Part shown: positions 33,868 to 43,947 of the stretch, one piece after another
Numbering within the stretch: the first letter of the stretch is position 1
Layout: the number at the start of each line of letters is the position of its first letter
Program-made: the position numbers and the translations under genes
Assembly: GCF_057098645.1 (NCBI RefSeq)
Contig: NZ_CM169472.1
Reading direction: 5' to 3' (one strand)
DNA length: 64,000 nucleotides
The notes under the pieces: generated by a model
Seen by the model: the letters and a program-made list of their open reading frames with translations, nothing else
Databases searched by the model: none
What the model was told of the DNA's origin: nothing

Positions 33868-36800
33868 ATGAATAAAATATATCGGCTAAAGTGGAACAGG
33901 TCCCGTAACTGTTGGAGCGTCTGCTCGGAGCTGGGGAGCAGAGTAAAAGGAAAAAAGTCCCGGGCTGTTTTAATTAGCGCGATAAGTTTATATTCATCTC
34001 TGGTATTCGCCGATGATGTCATCGTAAACCAGGATAAAACTATTGATTTTGGCAAAGAGAACCAGAGCATCGATTACCGTATTACGGTGACAGACAATGC
34101 CAATCTGGTAATCAATGCGACAGATACTTCCCGTCCGCGTCTGACTCTCGCTTCTGGTGGTGGGTTGGATATTACCGGAGGAAAGGTAACAATCAATGGC
34201 CCACTTAACTTTTTGCTGAAAGGTACGGGGTTCCTGAATGTCTCCAATGCTGGCAGCGAGTTATATGCTGATGATTTGTATGAATCAAACTCAGGCATGA
34301 GACACGATCGCGGCTATTTTAATGTTTCCAACGGCGGCAAAATCCATGTTAAGGGCACCAGCCGTCTGACCTATTTGCAGGGAAATGTCAGCGGTGAAGG
34401 CAGCCAGGTAAATTCTAAAACCTTCTTTATGGGCGTTTACGGCAGTTACGGTGGCAATCAGTACCTGTCAGTTAATAACGGCGGTGAAGTTAATGCCAGT
34501 GAGAAAATTAGCCTGGGTTATTATGATCAAAACTCCGATACAACACTTGCTGTTTCGGAAGGTGGTAAAATCTCTGCGCCGACTATTAGTTTAAGCACCA
34601 ACTCTGAGTTAGCGTTAGGTGCACAGGAAGGAAGCGCAGCGAAGGCTGCAGGGATTATTGATGCCGAAAAAATTGAGTTTGTGTGGGCAAAGACATCCGA
34701 GAAGAAAATCACCTTAAACCACACGGATAAAAACGCGACTATTTCCGCGGATATTGTCAGTGGCAGCGAGGGCCTGGGCTATATCAATGCGCTCAATGGC
34801 ACGACTTACTTAACCGGGGATAACTCCGCCTTTAGCGGTAAAGTCAAAATTGAGCAAAATGGCGCTTTAGGGATCACCCAAAATATAGGTACAGCAGAAA
34901 TCAACAACCGCGGGAAATTACACCTGAAGGCTGACGATAGCATGACCTTTGCCAATAAGATTTCCGGCAATGGTACAATAAGTATCGACAGTGGGACAGT
35001 GGCACTGACCGGCAATAACTATGCATTCAGCGGATATATTGATGTCGCTTCTGGTGCTGTCGCGGTTATTTCTGAAGACAAGAACATCGGACGTGCGGAC
35101 CTGGATGTTGATGGCAAATTGCAAATTAATGCCAACAAAGATTGGGTATTTGATAACGATCTTGAAGGTAGAGGCATTGTTGAAATAAACATGGGGAATC
35201 ACGAATTCTCCTTCGATGAGTTTGCTTATACAGACTGGTTCCAGGGTTCACTGGCGTTCCAGAACACGACATTTAACCTGGAAAAGAATGCTGAGTTTCT
35301 GCAGAGAGGCGGGATCACTGCGGGTCAGGGAAGTCAGGTAACAGTAGGTAAGGGCGTTCATTCTATTAGCACTCTGGGATTCTCCGGCGGAACGGTTGAT
35401 TTTGGTGCCCTGGCAGCTGGTGCACAGATGACAGAAGGGACCGTCAACGTTAGTAAAAAGCTGGATTTGCGCGGCGAGGGTGTGATTCAGGTTTCTGACA
35501 GTGACGTTGTAAGCTCAGTATCTCGTGATATTGACTCTGCGTTATCGCTCACTGAAGTCGATGATGGTAACAGCACCATTAAGTTGGTTGATGCGCAAGG
35601 TGCGGAAGTTCTGGGCGATGCGGGCAATCTGCAATTGCAGGATAAAAATGGGCAAATCCTCTCCAGCAGCGCCCAACGTGATATTCAGCAGAATGGGCAA
35701 AAAGCGGCCGTCGGCACTTACGACTATCGTCTGACGAGTGGGGTAAACAATGACGGTCTGTATATCGGTTACGGCCTGACCCAGCTTGATTTACACGCTA
35801 CCGACAGCGATGCTCTGGTGCTGAGCTCTAACGGTAAAAGCGAGAATGCCGCCGATCTCAGCGCAAAGATTACCGGCAGTGGTGACCTGGCATTCAGCAG
35901 CCAGAAGGGTCAGACCGTATCGCTTTCTAACAAAGACAACGACTATACCGGTGTTACCGATCTGCGCAGTGGAACGCTTTTGTTGAATAACGATAACGTG
36001 TTGGGTAATACCCATGAACTGCGTCTGGCGGCAGAGACTGAACTGGATATGAATGGTCACAGCCAGACCGTGGGCACGCTCAATGGCAGCGCCGATTCAC
36101 TGCTGAGCTTAAATGGCGGCAGTCTGACGGTTACCAACGGGGGCACTTCAACCGGTTCGTTAACGGGGAGCGGAGAGCTGAATATTCAGGGCGGCACGCT
36201 GGACATCGCGGGCGATAACAGCAACCTGACGGCGAATGTGAACATTGCTAATTCGGCTAATGTCCTGGTAAGTCATGCGCAGGGATTGGGTAGCGCAAAC
36301 GTTGAGAACAACGGTACCCTGGCGTTGAATAATAGCGCTGAAAAAAGAGCGGCTGCGTCTGTGAATTACACCCTGGGCGGCAATCTGACCAACAACGGTA
36401 CGCTGATGACCGGAATGTCAGGTCAGCAAGCTGGCAATGTGTTAGTGGTGAAGGGGAACTACCACGGTAATAACGGTCAACTAGTAATGAATACGGTACT
36501 GAATGGCGATGACTCAGTAACCGATAAATTGGTTGTCGAGGGCGATACTAGCGGCACGACTGCCGTTACGGTGAATAACGCTGGCGGTACAGGTGCGAAA
36601 ACCCTTAACGGTATCGAACTTATCCATGTAGACGGTAAGTCTGAGGGCGAATTTGTTCAGGCTGGGCGTATCGTTGCGGGGGCGTATGACTACACTCTCG
36701 CGCGTGGACAAGGGGCAAATAGTGGTAACTGGTATCTGACCAGCGGCAGTGATTCTCCTGAACTGCAGCCGGAGCCAGACCCGATGCCGAATCCGGAGCC

Positions 36801-37851
36801 AAACCCGAATCCAGAGCCGAACCCTAACCCGACACCTACGCCGGGTCCGGATCTGAATGTGGATAATGACCTGCGACCGGAGGCGGGTAGCTACATTGCG
36901 AACCTTGCAGCAGCGAATACCATGTTCACCACGCGTCTGCATGAGCGTCTGGGTAATACGTACTATACCGACATGGTGATGGGTGAGCAGAAACAAACCA
37001 CTATGTGGATGCGCCATGAAGGTGGTCATAATAAATGGCGTGATGGCAGCGGCCAGCTGAAAACCCAAAGCAATCGCTATGTTCTGCAACTGGGAGGTGA
37101 TGTCGCGCAGTGGAGCCAAAACGGCAGCGACAGCTGGCATGTTGGGGTCATGGCGGGATATGGCAACAGCGACAGCAAAACCATTTCCTCGCGAACCGGT
37201 TATCGTGCAAAAGCGAGTGTGAACGGATATAGCACAGGCCTCTATGCCACCTGGTATGCCGATGACGAGTCGCGTAATGGCGCGTATCTCGACAGTTGGG
37301 CGCAGTACAGCTGGTTTGATAACACAGTGAAAGGGGATGACTTACAAAGTGAATCCTATAAATCAAAAGGACTTACCGCTTCACTGGAAGCTGGATACAA
37401 ACACAAATTAGCTGAATTTAATGGCAGCCAGGGAACGCGTAATGAATGGTATGTTCAGCCGCAAGCACAGGTTACCTGGATGGGAGTCAAAGCCGATAAG
37501 CACCGCGAAAGCAACGGAACCCTCGTTCATAGCAACGGTGATGGCAATGTTCAAACCCGACTTGACGTAAAAACCTGGCTGAAGAGCCACCATCAAATGG
37601 ATGACGGTAAATCCCGCGAGTTCCAGCCGTTTGTAGAAGTGAACTGGCTGCATAACAGTAAGGATTTCAGCACCAGTATGGATGGCGTGTCCGTCACTCA
37701 GGATGGAGCCCGAAATATTGCTGAGATAAAAACCGGGGTGGAAGGACAGCTAAATGCCAACCTGAATGTCTGGGGGAATGTGGGCGTTCAGGTTGCCGAT
37801 AGGGGATATAATGACACCTCTGCAATGGTTGGCATTAAGTGGCAATTCTGA
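33868..37851 (+). CDS. ehaA: AIDA-I-type autotransporter adhesin, EhaA-like (~1327 aa)
   Basis: Extended signal peptide MNKIYRLKWNRSRNCWSVCSELGSR; repetitive Gly/Asn/Thr-rich passenger; Pro-rich linker PEPDPMPNPEPNPNPEPNPNPTPTP; C-terminal beta-barrel ending ...MVGIKWQF; start moved from track 33802 to the signal-peptide Met. Confidence 0.85.
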   Translation: MNKIYRLKWNRSRNCWSVCSELGSRVKGKKSRAVLISAISLYSSLVFADDVIVNQDKTIDFGKENQSIDYRITVTDNANLVINATDTSRPRLTLASGGGLDITGGKVTINGPLNFLLKGTGFLNVSNAGSELYADDLYESNSGMRHDRGYFNVSNGGKIHVKGTSRLTYLQGNVSGEGSQVNSKTFFMGVYGSYGGNQYLSVNNGGEVNASEKISLGYYDQNSDTTLAVSEGGKISAPTISLSTNSELALGAQEGSAAKAAGIIDAEKIEFVWAKTSEKKITLNHTDKNATISADIVSGSEGLGYINALNGTTYLTGDNSAFSGKVKIEQNGALGITQNIGTAEINNRGKLHLKADDSMTFANKISGNGTISIDSGTVALTGNNYAFSGYIDVASGAVAVISEDKNIGRADLDVDGKLQINANKDWVFDNDLEGRGIVEINMGNHEFSFDEFAYTDWFQGSLAFQNTTFNLEKNAEFLQRGGITAGQGSQVTVGKGVHSISTLGFSGGTVDFGALAAGAQMTEGTVNVSKKLDLRGEGVIQVSDSDVVSSVSRDIDSALSLTEVDDGNSTIKLVDAQGAEVLGDAGNLQLQDKNGQILSSSAQRDIQQNGQKAAVGTYDYRLTSGVNNDGLYIGYGLTQLDLHATDSDALVLSSNGKSENAADLSAKITGSGDLAFSSQKGQTVSLSNKDNDYTGVTDLRSGTLLLNNDNVLGNTHELRLAAETELDMNGHSQTVGTLNGSADSLLSLNGGSLTVTNGGTSTGSLTGSGELNIQGGTLDIAGDNSNLTANVNIANSANVLVSHAQGLGSANVENNGTLALNNSAEKRAAASVNYTLGGNLTNNGTLMTGMSGQQAGNVLVVKGNYHGNNGQLVMNTVLNGDDSVTDKLVVEGDTSGTTAVTVNNAGGTGAKTLNGIELIHVDGKSEGEFVQAGRIVAGAYDYTLARGQGANSGNWYLTSGSDSPELQPEPDPMPNPEPNPNPEPNPNPTPTPGPDLNVDNDLRPEAGSYIANLAAANTMFTTRLHERLGNTYYTDMVMGEQKQTTMWMRHEGGHNKWRDGSGQLKTQSNRYVLQLGGDVAQWSQNGSDSWHVGVMAGYGNSDSKTISSRTGYRAKASVNGYSTGLYATWYADDESRNGAYLDSWAQYSWFDNTVKGDDLQSESYKSKGLTASLEAGYKHKLAEFNGSQGTRNEWYVQPQAQVTWMGVKADKHRESNGTLVHSNGDGNVQTRLDVKTWLKSHHQMDDGKSREFQPFVEVNWLHNSKDFSTSMDGVSVTQDGARNIAEIKTGVEGQLNANLNVWGNVGVQVADRGYNDTSAMVGIKWQF

Positions 37852-37873
37852 TCTGAATAATGAGTAAAAGGAG

Positions 37874-37915
37874 AGAGAGCCGAATGGGAGATAATTCGGC
37901 TCTCTGTGTCATTTT
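37874..37915 (+). terminator. rho-independent terminator after the autotransporter gene
   Basis: agagagccgaat / attcggctctct 12-bp stem, 8-nt loop, followed by T-rich gtgtcattttctt. Confidence 0.65.
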
Positions 37916-37992
37916 CTTGCAGCCAGCTTTATCCGTCAGAGTGAAGACTCGCAGATTTAGCTGGCGCACAAGATTTAATCAAGGTGTGTTCA

Positions 37993-39081
37993 ATGGCTTC
38001 GCATGATTTGAGTGTTTTTTTGGAAGAGTTCGGGGCAACGGTGAATTTGACGTTGCCTGGTATCGTGTCCGAAAAAGAACGGCTTTTACTCAAGCTGCTA
38101 ATGGAGGGAATGTCGGTTACAGAAATCTCACAGTACAGAAATCGCAGTGCAAAGACAATTTCACATCAAAAGAAGCAGCTGTATGAAAAACTAGGCATCC
38201 AGAGTGATATTACCTTCTGGCGGGATATCTTTTTTCAATATCATCCGCAAGTCATCAGTGGCACGGGAAATAAAAATAATTTTTATATCCCTGATAACCG
38301 TTGTCACCATATCGTCACGCCTGAAGCCATCAGTCTGGCGTTGGAAAACCACGAATTCAAACCGTGGATCCAACCGGTTTTCTGCGCGCAGACTGGGGTA
38401 CTGACGGGCTGTGAGGTGCTTGTCCGCTGGGAACATCCACAAACGGGAATCATCCCGCCGGATCAGTTTATTCCTCTGGCGGAGTCATCCGGTCTTATTG
38501 TCATAATGACCCGCCAACTGATGAAACAGACTGCGGATATTCTGATGCCGGTAAAACATTTGCTGCCGGATAATTTCCATATTGGTATCAACGTCTCGGC
38601 GGGTTGTTTTTTGGCCGCGGGATTTGAAAAAGAATGCCTGAACCTGGTCAAGAAATTAGGAAACGATAAAATCAAACTGGTTCTCGAGCTAACGGAACGT
38701 AACCCTATTCCGGTAACGCCAGAAGCCAGAGCGATATTTGACAGCCTTCATCAGCACAACATTACCTTTGCGCTGGATGACTTTGGTACGGGTTATGCGA
38801 CCTATCGTTATCTGCAGGCGTTTCCGGTCGATTTTATTAAGATCGATAAGTCATTTGTGCAAATGGCGAGTGTCGACGAAATCTCCGGTCATATTGTGGA
38901 CAATATTGTCGAACTGGCGCGTAAGCCTGGTCTGAGTATCGTAGCGGAAGGGGTAGAGACCCAGGAGCAGGCGGATTTAATGATCGGTAAAGGCGTTCAC
39001 TTTTTGCAGGGCTATTTGTACTCCCCGCCAGTTCCGGGTAATAAATTTATCTCTGAATGGGTAATGAAAGCAGGTGGTTGA
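37993..39081 (+). CDS. pdeL: c-di-GMP phosphodiesterase PdeL (YahA), LuxR HTH plus EAL domain
   Basis: N-terminal LuxR HTH, C-terminal EAL (ELTER, DDFGTGYA); 362 aa from ATG 37993. Confidence 0.9.
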   Translation: MASHDLSVFLEEFGATVNLTLPGIVSEKERLLLKLLMEGMSVTEISQYRNRSAKTISHQKKQLYEKLGIQSDITFWRDIFFQYHPQVISGTGNKNNFYIPDNRCHHIVTPEAISLALENHEFKPWIQPVFCAQTGVLTGCEVLVRWEHPQTGIIPPDQFIPLAESSGLIVIMTRQLMKQTADILMPVKHLLPDNFHIGINVSAGCFLAAGFEKECLNLVKKLGNDKIKLVLELTERNPIPVTPEARAIFDSLHQHNITFALDDFGTGYATYRYLQAFPVDFIKIDKSFVQMASVDEISGHIVDNIVELARKPGLSIVAEGVETQEQADLMIGKGVHFLQGYLYSPPVPGNKFISEWVMKAGG

Positions 39082-39122
39082 TGTAAACCGCTATTCACAG
39101 CGCATCGGGAGGTTGGCAGCGA

Positions 39123-40055
39123 TTAATTCTCCCGATGCAGTAAATCCTGATAGATCCCCGTTAATATGCCATTTGGCGCAAATTGTTTTTTAATCCACTG
39201 CGTCACCTGACCCGTAGCAGAATGCTGAGTCGCCAGCAACATGCGCGAATCCTGGCGCGGATTATGGATTTGTCGGGTAACCAGCAGGGATTGCGTCATC
39301 GCCTCACGGACCATGTAATCCGGCAAAAAACCAATCCCTTCACCTAAAATCTGGCACTGACATTTGGTGTTGAAATCTGGCACCAGAATTGACTCCTGCC
39401 CATGCAGCAACCAGCCCACTTTTTTATTAATCGTATGCGCGGTGTCCTCCACCATGATATTAGGGTAGAGACGCAGCTGGCTTTCGGCGATGGGTTCCGG
39501 CACATAGGCTAATGGGTGATCCGGGGCAATGGCAAAAGCCCAGCGAATCGCGCCAATCTCCGTGTAATCAATGCCGCCACCGTCCAGCAGCGTGTCGGGT
39601 GCGCCGATAGCGATATTGGCCTGATTATTAATAATCGCATCCCAGACGCCGTTATACACTTCGGTCGTCACGGTAATCTGGCAGGTAGGAAACTGCTTTT
39701 TCAGCACCTGTAATAAGCGCGCGGTGTGTTTGGGCGTATAAAGCAGCTGATTAATACAAATGCGCACCCGTGCTTCTATGCCCTGCGAAATAGTATCGAG
39801 ACTGCGTTTGATGGCGTGAAAATCATTCAGCAAGTCGGTAGCTTTGCGGAAAAAATAACGCCCGGACTCCGTTAACTCAATGCTGCGGGTACTGCGAGTG
39901 AACAACACCACATCCAGCCCCGTTTCCATACGCTTAATGGTGTAGCTAATGGCGGAAGTGGTTAAACCCAACTCGTCTGCGGCTTTACTGAAGCTGCCAA
40001 ATCGCGCAGCGGTAGTAAATGCCAATAGATTCTCTTCGGTAAAAACTGAGTTCAT
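39123..40055 (-). CDS. yahB: LysR-family regulator YahB
   Basis: 310 aa LysR HTH (FSKAADELGLTTSAISYTIKRME). Confidence 0.85.
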   Translation of the reverse strand: MNSVFTEENLLAFTTAARFGSFSKAADELGLTTSAISYTIKRMETGLDVVLFTRSTRSIELTESGRYFFRKATDLLNDFHAIKRSLDTISQGIEARVRICINQLLYTPKHTARLLQVLKKQFPTCQITVTTEVYNGVWDAIINNQANIAIGAPDTLLDGGGIDYTEIGAIRWAFAIAPDHPLAYVPEPIAESQLRLYPNIMVEDTAHTINKKVGWLLHGQESILVPDFNTKCQCQILGEGIGFLPDYMVREAMTQSLLVTRQIHNPRQDSRMLLATQHSATGQVTQWIKKQFAPNGILTGIYQDLLHREN

Positions 40056-40146
40056 TAAACCATTCCCGCCATTATCTAATATGAATTTCTCCAGCCATGA
40101 CTGTAGAGGTATCGATTAAAGATAGATAATCATTTTTGAATAACTT

Positions 40147-40644
40147 TTAATACCCGTCGCGTTTAGTCGTCGCTTCGCTTAATTTTTGTCCGCCATATTC
40201 TGAAATTATCCCCACGCAGTTACCCGCCAGAAAACCCAGTAACGTCACCGTCCAGTTCATCCCGCAGGCAAAAAACAGCGTCATGCCGAGAAAGCCACCG
40301 GGAATAAATGACAGTAACCAGAAACGCCCTTGCCAGACCACCACCGCCGAGAAGGGTACGGTAGTAATTACGCTCGCCCAGAACGCGGACAGTCCACTTA
40401 CAGTGGCCAGCCAACCGGCAGTCAGCGCGGCGAAAAACGCCCACACCATCCCGGAATAATTAACCGCCAGACTTCTGATAAACCCCGATTTACCGCCGCC
40501 TGCGGCATAAAAACTGCAAAAGGCGACGAAGCCTGTCGTTCCTAATAATTCCCATCCCTGAGAGAGCCCGACATGTGAAGACACTAACTGCCAAAGCCCT
40601 GCACAAATACCGACGGTGACACCCGTTGCCGTGAGTCCGTTCAT
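40147..40644 (-). CDS. yahC: inner membrane protein YahC
   Basis: 165 aa, multiple TM segments. Confidence 0.8.
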   Translation of the reverse strand: MNGLTATGVTVGICAGLWQLVSSHVGLSQGWELLGTTGFVAFCSFYAAGGGKSGFIRSLAVNYSGMVWAFFAALTAGWLATVSGLSAFWASVITTVPFSAVVVWQGRFWLLSFIPGGFLGMTLFFACGMNWTVTLLGFLAGNCVGIISEYGGQKLSEATTKRDGY

Positions 40645-40901
40645 CTTGTTCCCCTCTGGTTAGACATGGACGAAAGCTACTCTTACATGTGCAGACTATA
40701 GAGAAATAAAACCTGATTGAGTGAAAGGGTATCGGGTCAAAGAAACAAATATTGCACTACCGCACACTGCGAAAAGATTGTTGAACATCATTCAACAAAA
40801 AGGCGAAATACGGCGAATTAAATTTAAGCGGGTTCTTTTATCAGATTATCGTTGCTATTCTCAATTCATCGAAAACAGCCACAAAAACCAGGGGAATGTG
40901 A

Positions 40902-41507
40902 ATGAGTATAAAAAATCTACCTGCCGACTATTTATTGGCTGCACAACAGGGTGATATCGATAAAGTAAAAAACTGCCTTGCGCTGGGTGTCGATATTAAT
41001 ACCTGCGACCGTCAGGGGAAAACGGCAATTACGCTGGCAAGTTTATATCAGCAATATGCTTGCGTTCAGGCATTAATTGACGCCGGAGCGGATATTAATA
41101 AACAAGATCATACCTGTTTAAATCCTTTTTTAATTAGCTGTCTGAACGATGATTTAACGCTACTACGAATTATTTTACCGGCTAAACCCGATCTTAATTG
41201 CGTAACCCGTTTTGGCGGTGTCGGCCTGACGCCTGCCTGTGAAAAAGGCCATTTAAGTATTGTAAAAGAGCTTTTGGCGCATACGGAGATTAACGTTAAC
41301 CAGACCAACCATGTAGGCTGGACGCCGCTACTGGAAGCGATTGTGCTTAATGATGGTGGTATTAAACAGCAGGCGATTGTGCAGTTATTGCTGGAACACA
41401 GTGCCAGCCCGCATCTGACCGATAAATATGGCAAAACGCCACTGGAACTGGCGCGAGAACGGGGCTTTGAAGAGATTGCGCAGTTACTGATTGCCGCAGG
41501 TGCATAA
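40902..41507 (+). CDS. yahD: ankyrin-repeat protein YahD
   Basis: Repeated ankyrin motifs (GKTAITLAS, GWTPLLEA, GKTPLELA). Confidence 0.85.
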   Translation: MSIKNLPADYLLAAQQGDIDKVKNCLALGVDINTCDRQGKTAITLASLYQQYACVQALIDAGADINKQDHTCLNPFLISCLNDDLTLLRIILPAKPDLNCVTRFGGVGLTPACEKGHLSIVKELLAHTEINVNQTNHVGWTPLLEAIVLNDGGIKQQAIVQLLLEHSASPHLTDKYGKTPLELARERGFEEIAQLLIAAGA

Positions 41508-41546
41508 ACCGGGAGGCTTGCTATCAACACACCAGAAAAACGGTGT

Positions 41547-42410
41547 GTGTGGGCGCTAACTGCGGATGCGGATTTTCTGGCGCGGCGGGGGCAAGGACAG
41601 GTTGAACAGGTTTTTGCCAGAGCGGTAAATATCGCACTCCCGGCTCGCCAGCAGTTGCTGACGCTGCTTTGTGAAGAGTACGACAATGCGCCAAACAGTT
41701 GTCGGTTGGCACTCACTCACTTTGATGATCTGTTCCGGCATGGTGATAAGGTTCAGTTTGACGATCAAGGTATTACGGTTGGTCAACATCTTCATATAGA
41801 GATGAGTCGTTGTCGGCGTTGGCTGTCCCCAACCTTGCAAATGACCGCTGTGAATTTTCACCTTATCGCCTGGCAACAGTGGCACGACATTATTCATCAG
41901 CACCTGGGGGAAAATGAAACCCTGTTTAATTATCGCGGCGATAATCCGTTTTATCAGGCGTTAAATAAAGAATTACATATTAAACGACGGGCAGTTATTC
42001 AGACAGTAAACGATAAACAAAATATCGCCTCAGCGGTCGCCAGTATGATGGGCTTAGGGATTGGCCTTACGCCATCAGCCGATGATTATTTAACAGGTCT
42101 GGCACTTATTTTATTTATTTCCGGGCATCCGGCGGGAAAATACAAAGAGGAATTTTATCTCGGCTTGCAACGCGGCAGAAATAATACCACGTTATTAAGT
42201 GCCATAACGCTGGAAGCCGCATTACAACAACGCTGCCGGGAAAATATTCATCGTTTTATTCACAACATTATTTATGACATCCCTGGGAACGCAACTCAGG
42301 CAATAGAAAAAATTAAACATATTGGCTCCAGTTCCGGCTGCGACATGCTGTATGGCATGGCCGATGGTTGTGCGCTGAGCCAAACCTACGGAGGGAATTA
42401 TGTCAGTTAA
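41547..42410 (+). CDS. yahE: uncharacterized protein YahE
   Basis: 287 aa; overlaps yahF start; conserved order yahEFG. Confidence 0.8.
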   Translation: MWALTADADFLARRGQGQVEQVFARAVNIALPARQQLLTLLCEEYDNAPNSCRLALTHFDDLFRHGDKVQFDDQGITVGQHLHIEMSRCRRWLSPTLQMTAVNFHLIAWQQWHDIIHQHLGENETLFNYRGDNPFYQALNKELHIKRRAVIQTVNDKQNIASAVASMMGLGIGLTPSADDYLTGLALILFISGHPAGKYKEEFYLGLQRGRNNTTLLSAITLEAALQQRCRENIHRFIHNIIYDIPGNATQAIEKIKHIGSSSGCDMLYGMADGCALSQTYGGNYVS

Positions 42411-43947
42411 AATAGTCATTAAACCGAATACCTATTTTGATTCTGTCTCGCTGATGTCTATCTCCACGCGTGCAAATAAACTCGACGGCGTCGAGCAGGC
42501 ATTTGTGGCGATGGCGACCGAAATGAACAAAGGTGTGCTGAAAAATTTAGGACTGCTGACGCCGGAGCTGGAACAGGCGAAAAACGGCGACCTGATGATT
42601 GTCATCAATGGTAAATCGGGGGCGGACAACGAGCAGTTGCTGGTGGAGATTGAAGAACTGTTCAACAGCAAAGCGCAAAGCGGCTCGCACGAGGCGCGTT
42701 ACGCCACTATTGCCAGCGCCAAAAAGCATATCCCGGAAAGTAACCTGGCGGTGATTTCGGTCAACGGTCTGTTTGCCGCTCGCGAAGCGCGTCAGGCGCT
42801 GCAAAACGATCTCAACGTGATGCTGTTTTCCGATAACGTCTCGGTTGAAGATGAACTGGCGCTCAAGCAACTGGCCCACGAAAAAGGGCTGCTGATGATG
42901 GGGCCAGACTGTGGCACGGCGATTATCAACGGCGCGGCGCTCTGTTTTGGTAACGCCGTGCGTCGCGGCAACATCGGTATTGTTGGCGCATCCGGCACCG
43001 GCAGCCAGGAGCTGAGCGTCCGCATTCATGAATTTGGTGGCGGCGTTTCACAACTGATTGGCACCGGCGGGCGCGACCTGAGCGAGAAAATCGGCGGCCT
43101 GATGATGCTCGACGCCATCGGGATGCTGGAAAACGATCCGCAAACTGAAATTATCGCGCTGATTTCAAAACCTCCCGCGCCTGCGGTGGCCCGTAAAGTG
43201 CTGGAACGCGCCCGCGCCTGCCGCAAGCCGGTGGTGGTCTGCTTCCTCGGTCGTGGCGAAACGCCGGTTGACGAGCAGGGGCTACAGTTTGCTCGCGGCA
43301 GCAAAGAAGCGGCGCTAAAAGCGGTGATGCTCTCCGGCGTGAAACAGGAAAATCTCGACCTGCATACCCTGAACCAGCCGTTGATTGCGGATGTGCGTGC
43401 GCGTCTGCAACCCCAGCAGAAATACATTCGTGGCCTGTTCTGCGGCGGCACGTTGTGCGACGAAACCATGTTCGCGGTGATGGAAAAACATGGCGATGTC
43501 TACAGCAACATTCAGCCCGATCCGGAATTCCGCCTGAAAGATATCAACCGCAGCATCAAACACACCTTCCTCGACTTTGGCGATGACGACTTCACCAACG
43601 GCAAGCCGCATCCAATGATTGACCCCACCAACCGCATCAGTCGCTTGCTCGAAGAGGCGCGCGATCCAGAAGTGGCGGTGATCGTGATGGATTTTGTGCT
43701 CGGATTTGGATCGCATGAAGATCCGGTAGGCTCCACCATCGAGGCGATCAAAGAAGCGAAAGCGATCGCCGCTGCCGAAGGACGCGAGTTGATCATTCTC
43801 GCCTATGTGCTGGGTACCGATCTTGATACGCCATCGTTAGAACAACAAAGCCAGATGCTGCTTGATGCCGGAGTGATTCTGGCGAGCAGCAGCACCAATA
43901 CCGGATTGCTGGCGCGTGAATTTATCTGCAAAGGGGAGGAAGCCTGA
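42400..43947 (+). CDS. yahF: FdrA-like CoA-binding protein YahF
   Basis: 515 aa with succinyl-CoA-synthetase-alpha-like CoA-binding fold. Confidence 0.85.
   Translation: MSVKIVIKPNTYFDSVSLMSISTRANKLDGVEQAFVAMATEMNKGVLKNLGLLTPELEQAKNGDLMIVINGKSGADNEQLLVEIEELFNSKAQSGSHEARYATIASAKKHIPESNLAVISVNGLFAAREARQALQNDLNVMLFSDNVSVEDELALKQLAHEKGLLMMGPDCGTAIINGAALCFGNAVRRGNIGIVGASGTGSQELSVRIHEFGGGVSQLIGTGGRDLSEKIGGLMMLDAIGMLENDPQTEIIALISKPPAPAVARKVLERARACRKPVVVCFLGRGETPVDEQGLQFARGSKEAALKAVMLSGVKQENLDLHTLNQPLIADVRARLQPQQKYIRGLFCGGTLCDETMFAVMEKHGDVYSNIQPDPEFRLKDINRSIKHTFLDFGDDDFTNGKPHPMIDPTNRISRLLEEARDPEVAVIVMDFVLGFGSHEDPVGSTIEAIKEAKAIAAAEGRELIILAYVLGTDLDTPSLEQQSQMLLDAGVILASSSTNTGLLAREFICKGEEA

Noticed and set aside
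34074-37653. Antisense ORFs within the autotransporter gene (e.g. 36514..37140, 208 aa)
   Set aside because: Antisense to a coding region with strong autotransporter features; Arg/Cys/His-rich, no RBS.
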